From NCBI RefSeq assembly GCF_001457615.1, contig NZ_LN831024.1, positions 240,001 through 272,000 on the forward strand: a stretch of DNA of 32,000 nt, read 5' to 3'. Shown piece by piece: positions 8,076 to 17,821 of this stretch. This DNA is from Pseudomonas aeruginosa. Its GTDB lineage: Bacteria > Pseudomonadota > Gammaproteobacteria > Pseudomonadales > Pseudomonadaceae. Below the pieces are notes generated by a model. It saw only the letters and a program-made list of their open reading frames with translations, was not told where the DNA came from and did not search any database. The stretch's first letter is position 1; each line of letters opens with the position of its first letter. The translations under genes and the position numbers were made by a program.

Positions 8076-8615
8076 ATGTCCATGCGCTTGAAATTGCTGA
8101 GAAAAAAACTCGGGGTCACGCTGGAGACCCTGGCCGAGAAGACCGGCCTGACCAAGAGCTACCTGTCCAAGGTCGAGCGCGGGCTGAACACGCCGTCCAT
8201 TGCCGCCGCGCTGAAGCTGGCGAAGGCGTTGAACGTGCAGGTGGAGGAGCTGTTCTCCGAGGAAAGCGACGGTGTCGACGGCTACAGCATCGTTCGTCGC
8301 GACCAGCGCAAGTCGCTGTCCAGCGGCGACGACGGCCCGGCCTACGCCTCCCTCGCGCAGCAGATCGGCGCCCGCGCGCTGTTGCCGTTCATCGTCCACC
8401 CCCCGCGCGATTTCAGTCACTCGACGTTCAAGGAGCACCTCGGCGAAGAGTTCATCTTCGTCCATGAGGGCCAGGTCGAGGTCGACTTCATGAACCAGCG
8501 GATCATCCTCGAGCGCGGCGACGCCCTGCATTTCAACGCACAGAAGCCGCACCGCATCCGCTCCCTGGGGGAGACCCAGGCGGAATTGCTGGTGGTGATC
8601 CACAGCGACGAATGA
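8076..8615 (+). CDS. XRE-family HTH plus C-terminal cupin transcriptional regulator (PuuR-like architecture)
   Basis: 179 aa, GGGAGAAGG RBS at 8058-8066. The N-terminal HTH reads LRKKLGVTLETLAEKTGLTKSYLSKVERG, and the C-terminus is cupin-like (FIFVHEGQVEV...GDALHF). Confidence 0.9.
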   Translation: MSMRLKLLRKKLGVTLETLAEKTGLTKSYLSKVERGLNTPSIAAALKLAKALNVQVEELFSEESDGVDGYSIVRRDQRKSLSSGDDGPAYASLAQQIGARALLPFIVHPPRDFSHSTFKEHLGEEFIFVHEGQVEVDFMNQRIILERGDALHFNAQKPHRIRSLGETQAELLVVIHSDE

Positions 8616-8654
8616 GGCGGCGGCTTCGGTCGATCGGATGCTTGCTAACGTTCT

Positions 8655-8688
8655 GTTCGATTATCGAACTATTAATCGATTATCGGAT
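8655..8688 (+). promoter_or_regulatory. Two-box PcaR/IclR-type operator overlapping putative -35/-10 of the pcaI promoter
   Basis: GTTCGATTATCGAAC-tatt-AATCGATTATCGGAT, ending 78 bp upstream of the pcaI ATG. TTCGAT and GATTAT lie 16 bp apart. The same architecture occurs at 19874-19907 and 26915-26948. Confidence 0.6.
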
Positions 8689-8765
8689 TGTGAGCCCTCG
8701 GACCCCGGCGTAAGGTTCTCGTCACGTGCCGTCCAGGCAGCGCACAACAAGACGAGACCCGACCG

Positions 8766-9617
8766 ATGGCTGAAATCCTCTCCCTGCGCGAAGCGGTGCG
8801 ACGCTTCGTCCACGATGGCGACAGCGTCGCCCTCGAAGGCTTCACTCACCTGATCCCGACGGCCGCCGGCCACGAGCTGATCCGCCAGGGCAGGAAAGAC
8901 CTGACGCTGATCCGCATGACTCCCGACCTGGTCTACGACCTGCTGATCGGTGCAGGCTGCGCGAAGAAGCTGGTGTTCTCCTGGGGCGGCAACCCCGGCG
9001 TCGGTTCGCTGCACCGCCTGCGCGACGCGGTGGAGAAGGGCTGGCCGCAACCGCTGGAGATCGAGGAACACAGCCACGCCGACCTCGCCAACGCCTATGT
9101 CGCCGGCGCCTCCGGGCTGCCCTTCGCAGTGCTGCGCGCCTACGCCGGCTCCGACCTGCCGAAGGTCAACCCGCTGATCCGCAGCGTCACCTGCCCGTTC
9201 ACCGGCGAAGTGCTGGCGGCGGTGCCCTCGGTGCGCCCGGACGTCAGCGTGATCCACGCGCAGAAGGCCGACCGCAAGGGCAACGTGCTGCTCTGGGGCA
9301 TCCTCGGCGTGCAGAAGGAAGCGGCCCTGGCGGCGAAGCGCTGCATCGTCACCGTCGAGGAGATCGTCGACGAACTGGACGCCCCGATGAACGCCTGCGT
9401 CCTGCCGAGCTGGGCGCTCAGCGCCGTGTGCCTGGTGCCCGGCGGCGCGCATCCGTCCTATGCCCACGGCTACTACGAGCGCGACAACCGCTTCTACCAG
9501 GACTGGGACCCGATCGCCCGCGACCGCGAAAGCTTCACCGCGTGGATCGACGAATACATCCGGGGGACCGAGGATTTCGGCGCCTTCCAGGCCAAGCTCG
9601 CGGAGGGCAAGCGATGA
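8766..9617 (+). CDS. pcaI: 3-oxoadipate (beta-ketoadipate):succinyl-CoA transferase, subunit A (family I CoA-transferase)
   Basis: 283 aa with a CoA-transferase alpha-subunit fold signature. The gene lies directly upstream of, and is translationally coupled to, the subunit B and pcaF genes. The symbol is assigned by context. Confidence 0.82.
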   Translation: MAEILSLREAVRRFVHDGDSVALEGFTHLIPTAAGHELIRQGRKDLTLIRMTPDLVYDLLIGAGCAKKLVFSWGGNPGVGSLHRLRDAVEKGWPQPLEIEEHSHADLANAYVAGASGLPFAVLRAYAGSDLPKVNPLIRSVTCPFTGEVLAAVPSVRPDVSVIHAQKADRKGNVLLWGILGVQKEAALAAKRCIVTVEEIVDELDAPMNACVLPSWALSAVCLVPGGAHPSYAHGYYERDNRFYQDWDPIARDRESFTAWIDEYIRGTEDFGAFQAKLAEGKR

Positions 9618-10392
9618 GCAGCTACAGCACCAACGAGATGATGACCGTGGCCGCCGCCCGCCGCCTGCACAACGGCGCGGTGTGCTTCGTCGGCATCGGC
9701 CTGCCGTCGAAGGCCGCCAACCTGGCGCGCCTGACTTCCTCGCCGGACGTCGTGCTGATCTACGAGTCCGGGCCGATCGGCGCCAAGCCCAGCGTCCTGC
9801 CGCTGTCCATCGGCGACGGCGAGTTGGCCGAGACCGCCGATACAGTGGTCCCCACCGGCGAGATCTTCCGCTACTGGCTGCAGGGCGGACGGATCGACGT
9901 CGGCTTCCTCGGCGCGGCCCAGGTCGACCGCTTCGGCAACATCAACACCACCGTGATCGGCGACTACCGCCAGCCCAAGGTGCGCCTGCCGGGAGCCGGC
10001 GGCGCGCCGGAAATCGCCGGCAGCGCCAAGGAAGTGCTGATCATCCTCAAGCAGTCGCACCGCACCTTCGTCGACAAGCTGGCCTTCGTCACCTCGGTCG
10101 GCCATGGCGAGGGCGGCGACTCGCGCCAGCGCCTGGGCCTGCCGGGCAAGGGGCCGGTGGCGATCATCACCGACCTGTGCATCATGGAGCCGGAAGCCGG
10201 CAGCAACGAGTTCGTGGTCACTTCGCTGCATCCGGGCGTGACCCGCGAGCAGGTGGTCGAGGCCACCGGCTGGGCGATCCGCTTCGCCGAGCGGGTCGCC
10301 GAGACGCCCGCGCCGAGCGAGGTCGAACTCGCCGCGCTGCGCGACCTCGAGGCGCGCACCGCGGCCGCCCATGGACAGAAGGGGAGCGACGA

Positions 10393-10396
<4 letters not shown>
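9614..10396 (+). CDS. pcaJ: 3-oxoadipate:succinyl-CoA transferase, subunit B
   Basis: 260 aa from the ATG at 9614 ([18 protein letters not shown]...). The ATGA overlap joins it to the pcaI stop. It contains the ESG-type motif region LIYESGPIG. The track ORF start at 9428 was rejected. Confidence 0.82.
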
Positions 10397-11598
<1,202 letters not shown>

Positions 11599-11747
11599 CT
11601 GGCACAACCGGGTCGCCCGCCCGGTATCAAGAGCGCGCGTCGCGCGGCGCTGCCCATGTTTCGGCGGCGGCGCGGCGCGTGTGCAGCGGAACAGGACGCT
11701 CCGTCGCACGGTCAGGATGAAACGGACCCTGTCGAGAGAACAACAGC

Positions 11748-13046
11748 ATGACTGCCCCTGTTCACCAGTACAGCAACGAAGAACGCCGCAAGCGCATCTT
11801 CGCCATCGTCGGCGCCTCCTCCGGCAACCTCGTGGAATGGTTCGACTTCTACGTCTACGCCTTCTGCGCGATCTACTTCGCACCGGCCTTCTTCCCCTCC
11901 GACAACCCCACGGTGCAGTTGCTGAACACCGCCGGGGTCTTCGCCGCCGGCTTCCTCATGCGCCCCATCGGCGGCTGGATGTTCGGCCGCATCGCCGACA
12001 AGCACGGGCGCAAGACCGCCATGCTGATCTCGGTGGTGATGATGTGCGCCGGCTCCCTGGCGATCGCCTGCATGCCCACCTACGCCAGCATCGGCACCCT
12101 GGCGCCGGCCCTGCTGTTGCTGGCGCGGATGTTCCAGGGCCTGTCGGTGGGCGGCGAGTACGGCACCAGCGCGACCTACATGAGCGAGGTGGCGCTCAAG
12201 GGCCAGCGCGGCTTCTTCGCCTCGTTCCAGTACGTCACCCTGATCGGCGGACAGTTGCTGGCGGTGCTGGTGGTGGTGATCCTGCAGCAGTTGCTGAGCG
12301 AGGACGAACTGCGCGCCTGGGGCTGGCGGATCCCCTTCGTGATCGGCGCGATCACCGCGGTGATCGCCCTCTGGCTGCGGCGCTCGCTGAACGAGACCGC
12401 TTCGAAGTCGACCCTGGAGCGCAAGGAATCCGGCACCTTCGCCGAGCTGTTCAAGCACAAGCGGGCCTTCTTCACCGTGCTCGGCTTCACCGCCGGCGGC
12501 TCGCTGATCTTCTACACCTTCACCACCTACATGCAGAAGTACCTGGTCAACACCGCCGGGATGAGCGCCAAGACCGCCAGCGCGGTGATGACCTTCGCCC
12601 TGCTGGCGTACATGCTGATGCAACCGCTGTTCGGCATGCTTTCCGATCGCATCGGGCGCAAGACCTCGATGCTCTGGTTCGGCACCCTGGGCACGCTCTG
12701 CACCCTGCCGATCCTGCTCGCGCTGAAGACCGTGAGCAGTCCCTACATGGCCTTCTTCCTGATCATCCTGGCGCTGGCCATCGTCAGCCTGTACACCTCC
12801 ATCAGCGGCCTGATCAAGGCCGAGATGTTCCCGCCGGAGGTGCGCGCCCTCGGCGTCGGAGTGTCCTACGCGGTGGGCAACGCGATCTTCGGCGGCTCGG
12901 CCGAGTACGTCGCCCTGGGGCTGAAGTCGGTAGGGATGGAGAACGTCTTCTACTGGTATGTTTCAGCCATGTGCCTGCTGGCGCTGCTGGTCTGCGTGAG
13001 CCTGCCGGACCTGCGCAAGGTCAGCTACCTGAACGACGAGCCCTGA
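11748..13046 (+). CDS. pcaT: MFS dicarboxylate (beta-ketoadipate-type) transporter, KgtP/PcaT family
   Basis: 432 aa and 12-TM-like, with the MFS motif [10 protein letters not shown]. It is embedded in the pca operon. Confidence 0.88.
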   Translation: MTAPVHQYSNEERRKRIFAIVGASSGNLVEWFDFYVYAFCAIYFAPAFFPSDNPTVQLLNTAGVFAAGFLMRPIGGWMFGRIADKHGRKTAMLISVVMMCAGSLAIACMPTYASIGTLAPALLLLARMFQGLSVGGEYGTSATYMSEVALKGQRGFFASFQYVTLIGGQLLAVLVVVILQQLLSEDELRAWGWRIPFVIGAITAVIALWLRRSLNETASKSTLERKESGTFAELFKHKRAFFTVLGFTAGGSLIFYTFTTYMQKYLVNTAGMSAKTASAVMTFALLAYMLMQPLFGMLSDRIGRKTSMLWFGTLGTLCTLPILLALKTVSSPYMAFFLIILALAIVSLYTSISGLIKAEMFPPEVRALGVGVSYAVGNAIFGGSAEYVALGLKSVGMENVFYWYVSAMCLLALLVCVSLPDLRKVSYLNDEP

Positions 13047-13068
13047 CGGGCCGGGAAAAGGAAAACCG

Positions 13069-14448
13069 ATGAGCGACGTACCCGCCAACCAGTTGTTCGA
13101 TGCCTATTTCATGGCGGCGCCGATGCGCGCGGTGTTCTCCGACCGCGGCCGCCTGCAAGGCATGCTCGACTTCGAGGCCGCCCTGGCCCGCGCCGAGGCG
13201 CGCACCGGGGTGGTTCCCGCGACGGCGGTGGCGCCGATCGAGGCGGCCTGCCGCGCCGAACTGTACGACCCGCTGGCGCTGGCCGAGGCGGTCGCCACTG
13301 CCGGCAACTCGGCGATCCCGCTGGTCAAGGCGCTGGGCCGCCAGGTGGCGGCTGGCGACGCCGAGGCCGAGCGCTACGTGCATCTCGGCGCCACCAGCCA
13401 GGACGCCATGGACAGCGGCCTGGTGCTGCAACTGCGCCGTGCGCTGGCCTTGCTCGAGCAGGATCTGCAACGTCTTGCCGAGGTCCTGGCGGACCAGGCC
13501 GAACGGCATGCCGACACGCCGCTGGCCGGGCGCACCTGGTTGCAGCACGCCACCCCGGTGACCCTGGGCATGAAGCTCGCCGGCCTGCTCGGTGCCTTGA
13601 CCCGGCACCGCCAGCGCCTGCGCGAGTTGCGCCCGCGCCTGCTGGTGCTGCAATTCGGTGGCGCCTCGGGGACGCTCGCCGCGCTCGGCGAACAGGCCCT
13701 GCCGGTGGCCGCGGCGCTGGCCGAGGAGCTGGGCCTGGCTTTGCCCGAACAACCCTGGCACACCCAGCGCGACCGCCTGGTGGAATTCGCCAGCGTGCTC
13801 GGCCTGGTGGCCGGTAGCCTCGGCAAGTTCGGTCGCGATGTCAGCCTGCTGATGCAGACCGAGGCCGGCGAGGTCTTCGAGCCGGCCGGCGCCGGGCGCG
13901 GCGGTTCCTCGACCATGCCGCACAAGCGCAACCCGGTGAGCAGCGCGGTGCTGATCGCCGCCGCCACCCGTGCGCCGGGGCTGGTCTCGACCCTGTTCGC
14001 GGCGATGCCGCAGGAACACGAGCGCAGCCTCGGTCTCTGGCACGCCGAGTGGGAAACCCTGCCGGAACTCTGTTGCCTGGTTGCCGGCGCGCTGCAACAG
14101 GCGATCGGCCTGCTCGAAGGCCTGGAGGTGGACGCCCAGCGGATGCGCCGCAACCTTGGCCTGACCCACGGCCTGGTGCTCGCCGAGGCGGTGAGCATCG
14201 CCCTGGCCCGCCGTATCGGCCGCGAAGCCGCGCACCATCTGGTGGAACAGTGCTGCCGCCGCGCCGTCGAGCATCGCCGCGAGTTGCGCGCGGTGCTCGG
14301 CGAAGAGGCGCGGGTGAGCGCCGAGTTGTCCGGCGACGAACTGGACCGCCTGCTCGATCCCGCCCATTACCTCGGCCAGGCCCGCGCCTGGGTCGAGCGC
14401 GCGCTCGCCGAACACCATGCCCTGGGCTTCGAACCCCATCCCGCCTGA
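13069..14448 (+). CDS. pcaB: 3-carboxy-cis,cis-muconate cycloisomerase (fumarase/aspartase superfamily)
   Basis: 459 aa, with the GSSTMPHKRNP signature loop and an AAGGAAAA RBS. Confidence 0.93.
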   Translation: MSDVPANQLFDAYFMAAPMRAVFSDRGRLQGMLDFEAALARAEARTGVVPATAVAPIEAACRAELYDPLALAEAVATAGNSAIPLVKALGRQVAAGDAEAERYVHLGATSQDAMDSGLVLQLRRALALLEQDLQRLAEVLADQAERHADTPLAGRTWLQHATPVTLGMKLAGLLGALTRHRQRLRELRPRLLVLQFGGASGTLAALGEQALPVAAALAEELGLALPEQPWHTQRDRLVEFASVLGLVAGSLGKFGRDVSLLMQTEAGEVFEPAGAGRGGSSTMPHKRNPVSSAVLIAAATRAPGLVSTLFAAMPQEHERSLGLWHAEWETLPELCCLVAGALQQAIGLLEGLEVDAQRMRRNLGLTHGLVLAEAVSIALARRIGREAAHHLVEQCCRRAVEHRRELRAVLGEEARVSAELSGDELDRLLDPAHYLGQARAWVERALAEHHALGFEPHPA

Positions 14449-14462
14449 CTGGAGATCCCTTC

Positions 14463-15254
14463 GTGCCAACCGTACGCCTCGCCGACGGCGACCTGAACTA
14501 CTCCCTGGAAGGACCGGCCGGCGCGCCGGTCCTGCTGTTGTCAAACTCGCTGGGCACCGACCTGGGCATGTGGGACACGCAGATCCCCGCACTCACCGCC
14601 CATTTCCGCGTGCTGCGCTACGACACCCGCGGCCACGGCGCCTCGCTGGTCACCCCCGGACCGTACGCCATCGGCCAGCTCGGCGCCGACGTGCTTGCCC
14701 TGCTCGATGCCCTCGAGCTGCCGCGCGTGCATTTCTGCGGGCTGTCCATGGGCGGCCTGATCGGCCAGTGGCTGGGCATCCACGCCGGCGAGCGGCTCGG
14801 CCGGCTGGTGCTGTGCAACACCGCGGCGAAGATTGCCAGCGACGAGGTCTGGAACACCCGCATCGATACCGTCCTGAAAGGCGGCGAGCAGGCCATGCGT
14901 GACCTGCGCGACGCCTCGGTGGCGCGCTGGTTCACCGCGGGCTTCGCCGAGCGCGAACCGGCGCAGGTCGAGCGCATCGTCGCGATGCTCGCGGCCACCT
15001 CGCCGCAGGGCTACGCGGCCAACTGCGCTGCGGTACGCGACGCCGATTTCCGCGAGCAGCTCGGGCTGGTCCAGGCGCCGACGCTGATCGTCGCCGGCAG
15101 CCACGATGCCGTGACCACTCCGGACAACGCCCGCTTCATGCAGGCGCGCATCGCCGACGCGCAGTTGGTCGAGTTCGCCGCCGCGCACCTGTCCAACGTC
15201 GAAGCGGGCGACGCCTTCAGCCGCCGCCTGGTCGATTTCCTGCTGTCCGCCTGA
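14463..15254 (+). CDS. pcaD: 3-oxoadipate enol-lactone hydrolase (alpha/beta hydrolase)
   Basis: 263 aa from the GTG at 14463 (GGAGA RBS at 14451-14455). It has the nucleophile elbow GLSMGG. The start is chosen within the longer track ORF 14049..15254, which overlaps pcaB. Confidence 0.88.
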   Translation: MPTVRLADGDLNYSLEGPAGAPVLLLSNSLGTDLGMWDTQIPALTAHFRVLRYDTRGHGASLVTPGPYAIGQLGADVLALLDALELPRVHFCGLSMGGLIGQWLGIHAGERLGRLVLCNTAAKIASDEVWNTRIDTVLKGGEQAMRDLRDASVARWFTAGFAEREPAQVERIVAMLAATSPQGYAANCAAVRDADFREQLGLVQAPTLIVAGSHDAVTTPDNARFMQARIADAQLVEFAAAHLSNVEAGDAFSRRLVDFLLSA

Positions 15255-15264
15255 GGAGCCGCCG

Positions 15265-15666
15265 ATGGACGAGAAACAACGCTACGAAGCCGGCATGCAA
15301 GTGCGCCGCGCGGTGCTCGGCGACGCCCATGTCGAGCGCAGCCTGGCCAACCTGACGCCGTTCAACGAAGAGTTCCAGGAGATGATCACCCGCCACGCCT
15401 GGGGCGACATCTGGACCCGTCCGGGGCTGCCGCGACACACCCGCAGCCTGGTCACCATCGCCATGCTGATCGGCATGAACCGCAACGAGGAACTCAAGCT
15501 GCATCTGCGCGCGGCGAAGAACAACGGGGTGAGCCGCGACGAGATCAAGGAAGTGATCATGCAGAGCGCCATCTACTGCGGTATTCCCGCGGCCAACGCG
15601 ACCTTCCACCTGGCCGAATCGGTGTGGGACGAGCTTGGCGTGGAGTCGCAGCAGGCGTCCCGGTAG
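15265..15666 (+). CDS. pcaC: 4-carboxymuconolactone decarboxylase
   Basis: 133 aa, GAGGAG RBS at 15253-15258. It belongs to the CMD family (WGDIWTRPGL, MLIGMNRNEELKLH). Confidence 0.93.
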   Translation: MDEKQRYEAGMQVRRAVLGDAHVERSLANLTPFNEEFQEMITRHAWGDIWTRPGLPRHTRSLVTIAMLIGMNRNEELKLHLRAAKNNGVSRDEIKEVIMQSAIYCGIPAANATFHLAESVWDELGVESQQASR

Positions 15667-15685
15667 GTCGCCGGCGGCGCTAGCG

Positions 15686-15757
15686 GTAGGGCGAATGGCG
15701 TCGCAGGCGTTATCCGCCGATACCCCGAGGGCCAACGGCGGTTATCCGTCCTGCGCG
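15686..15757. repeat. Solo, degenerate copy of the REP-type unit found in the 17822-18340 array
   Basis: GTAGGGCGAATGGCGTCGCAGGCGTTATCCGCCGATACCCCGAGGGCCAACGGCGGTTATCCGTCCTGCGCG aligns with the array unit (GTAGGGCGAATAACGCC...GGCGTTATCCGCCGATACACCGAAGCCC...GCGGTTATGCGTCCTACGCG) with mismatches and a deletion. Confidence 0.55.
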
Positions 15758-15840
15758 TGGGTCGGCAAGGCGGCGCTTCCCCTTGCCAATCGCCGGCGTT
15801 TCCCGGAAGGTCGACAGCTCCGTCATCCCTTCGGTCCGCC

Positions 15841-16782
15841 ATGAGCCGCAAGCTGCATATCCACGCGCCCGCGATCCACTACTTCGACATGGTTCGCCGC
15901 TGCCATTCGATCCGCGAAGCCGCGCGGCGCCTGAACGTCGCCTCGTCGGCGGTGAACCGGCAGATCCTCAAGCTGGAGGACGAGATCGGCGCGCCGCTGT
16001 TCGACCGCCTGCCCGGCGGCCTGCGCCTGACCGGAGCCGGGGAGATCTTCGCGCGCCACGTCACCGTGGTCCTGCAGGACATGGAGCGCGTGCGTTCCGA
16101 ACTGGACGCGCTGCAAGGCCTGCGCACCGGCCATGTGGAGATCGCCACCATCGAAGCGGTGACCAGCGACCTGCTGCCCTGCGTGCTCAAGGCGATGCGC
16201 GAACGCTACCCGGACATCACCGTCGGCGTCACCCTGCTCGGTTCCCAGGCGATACCCGAGGCGGTGAGCAGTGGCGCGGTCGACCTCGGCCTGGCCTTCG
16301 CCCTGCCGCGCAGCGCCGACCTGCAACAGGTCAGCGTCGGCCATTTCCGCCTCGGTGCCATCGTCTCCCCGCAGCACCCGTTGGCGCGACACCAGGCCAT
16401 CGCCTTCGCCGATTGCGTCGAACATGGCCTGATCATGGCCAAGAGCGAGCTGTCCATCCATCACCTGCTGGCGCCGCTCCAGCGCCGTTTGCGCGAACCG
16501 CGCCGGGCGGTGCTGGAGAGCAGCTCCCTGGAGCTGTCGCGACAACTGGCGCGGCGCGGGCTCGGCGTCGCCTTCCAGACCCGCCTGGGGATCGAGGCCG
16601 ACATCGCCCAGGGCGAGCTGCGTTTCCTGCCGCTGAAAGACAATGGCGGCATCCACAGCGACCTCGGCCTCTACGTGCGCACCGGCCGCTACCTGCCGGT
16701 GGCGGTGGACGCCCTGGCCCGGCAGATCGCCGAGGAAGTGCGCCTGCGCGAGCGCGAGGAAGCGCGCCTGAACGAGGCCTGA
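15841..16782 (+). CDS. LysR-family transcriptional regulator
   Basis: 313 aa from the ATG at 15841 (MSRKLHIHAPAIHYFDMVRRCHSIREAARRLNVASSAVNRQILKLEDEIGAPLFDR). The track start at 15757 lies inside the REP copy. No clear SD is visible. Confidence 0.85.
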   Translation: MSRKLHIHAPAIHYFDMVRRCHSIREAARRLNVASSAVNRQILKLEDEIGAPLFDRLPGGLRLTGAGEIFARHVTVVLQDMERVRSELDALQGLRTGHVEIATIEAVTSDLLPCVLKAMRERYPDITVGVTLLGSQAIPEAVSSGAVDLGLAFALPRSADLQQVSVGHFRLGAIVSPQHPLARHQAIAFADCVEHGLIMAKSELSIHHLLAPLQRRLREPRRAVLESSSLELSRQLARRGLGVAFQTRLGIEADIAQGELRFLPLKDNGGIHSDLGLYVRTGRYLPVAVDALARQIAEEVRLREREEARLNEA

Positions 16783-16832
16783 GCGGCGCTCGCGCCGATG
16801 CCAGACGGCTTGCCCGAGCTTGCCCGTCCGCT

Positions 16833-16849
16833 GATGCCGTTTCGGCATC
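16833..16849 (+). terminator. Short hairpin after the LysR gene (weak terminator candidate)
   Basis: GATGCCG-ttt-CGGCATC has a 7-bp stem. T-rich sequence appears only about 15 nt downstream. Confidence 0.3.
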
Positions 16850-16972
16850 GGCATGTTCGATATTCTGTTCTTTGGTCAGCGCGGCGAAGTGCCGATACTG
16901 CCCCGCGACCCCGGCGCGAAACCGGGGGCTGAGTCGCCACAAGAACAACAAGCAACCAGCAGGACACACAGC

Positions 16973-17806
16973 ATGAAGAAGATGATGCAGGGCGCCGCCG
17001 CCCTGATCGCGCTTGTCGGCGCCGGGGAGAGCATGGCGCTGGAATGGATGAGCAACAGCGTCGGTTTCCGTTACGGCCAGCAATTCACCAACCCGAACAA
17101 CCCGGACAAGTTCGCCAAGCGCATCTACAGCTTCACCCACGCCGACGGCTATCGCTACGGCAGCAATTTCTTCAATCTCGATGTGTTCCTTTCCGACAAC
17201 CGCGACCCGCGCAAGGGCACCGACCATGGTGGCAGCGAAGTCTATGCGGTCTACCGCCACCAGCTCTACGCTTCGCGGGTGTTCGACCGGCCGCTGGGCA
17301 CCGGCCTGGTCAAGGACTACGCCTTCACCCTGGGCTTCGACGCCAGCCGCAACAACAACCTGGCTTCGGCCAAGAAGCGCGCCCTGGTGTTCGGCCCGAC
17401 CCTCAAGTTCAACGGTCCCGGCGTGCTCGACCTGAGCCTGCTCTACTACCGCGAGAAGAACCACTTCGGCGTGCCCGGCGCGCGCCATCCCGACCACACC
17501 TTCGACACCACCTACATGCTCAACCTGACCTGGATGCGGCCGTTCAAGGTCGGCAACCATGCGGCGAAGTTCCAGGGCTTCGTCAACTACGTGGGAGAGA
17601 AGGGCGAGGACTACAACGACAAGGACACCGCGGCGGAAACCCTGGTCCGCACCGCCCTGATGGTCGCCGCCCTGCCAGGCGACAAGCGCCAGCCGAACCT
17701 GTGGCTCGGCGTCGGCTACGAGTATTGGCACAACAAGTTCGGCGTCGACGGTGGCACCGGCAGCCGCACCTCGACGCCGACGTTGAATATGGAATTCACC
17801 TTCTGA
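16973..17806 (+). CDS. Predicted outer-membrane beta-barrel channel with signal peptide (Tsx/OmpK-like architecture; function unknown)
   Basis: 277 aa from the ATG at 16973 (MKKMMQGAAALIALVGAGESMA | LEW...). It shows an alternating aromatic/polar beta-strand pattern and a C-terminal ...NMEFTF ending in Phe, as in OM barrels. The Tsx-like family assignment is an impression from sequence style, not a verified match. Confidence 0.75.
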   Translation: MKKMMQGAAALIALVGAGESMALEWMSNSVGFRYGQQFTNPNNPDKFAKRIYSFTHADGYRYGSNFFNLDVFLSDNRDPRKGTDHGGSEVYAVYRHQLYASRVFDRPLGTGLVKDYAFTLGFDASRNNNLASAKKRALVFGPTLKFNGPGVLDLSLLYYREKNHFGVPGARHPDHTFDTTYMLNLTWMRPFKVGNHAAKFQGFVNYVGEKGEDYNDKDTAAETLVRTALMVAALPGDKRQPNLWLGVGYEYWHNKFGVDGGTGSRTSTPTLNMEFTF

Positions 17807-17821
17807 AGCGAAGCGCCGTCG

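Noticed and set aside
11600-11616. Sigma-54-like TGGCAC just after pcaF (ctGGCACaaccgggtcgc)
   Set aside because: The -12 element is missing. The sequence at the required spacing is GGTC, not TTGC, so the GG-N10-GC rule is not met. Similar near-misses at 320-335 and 20966-20995 fail the same spacing test.
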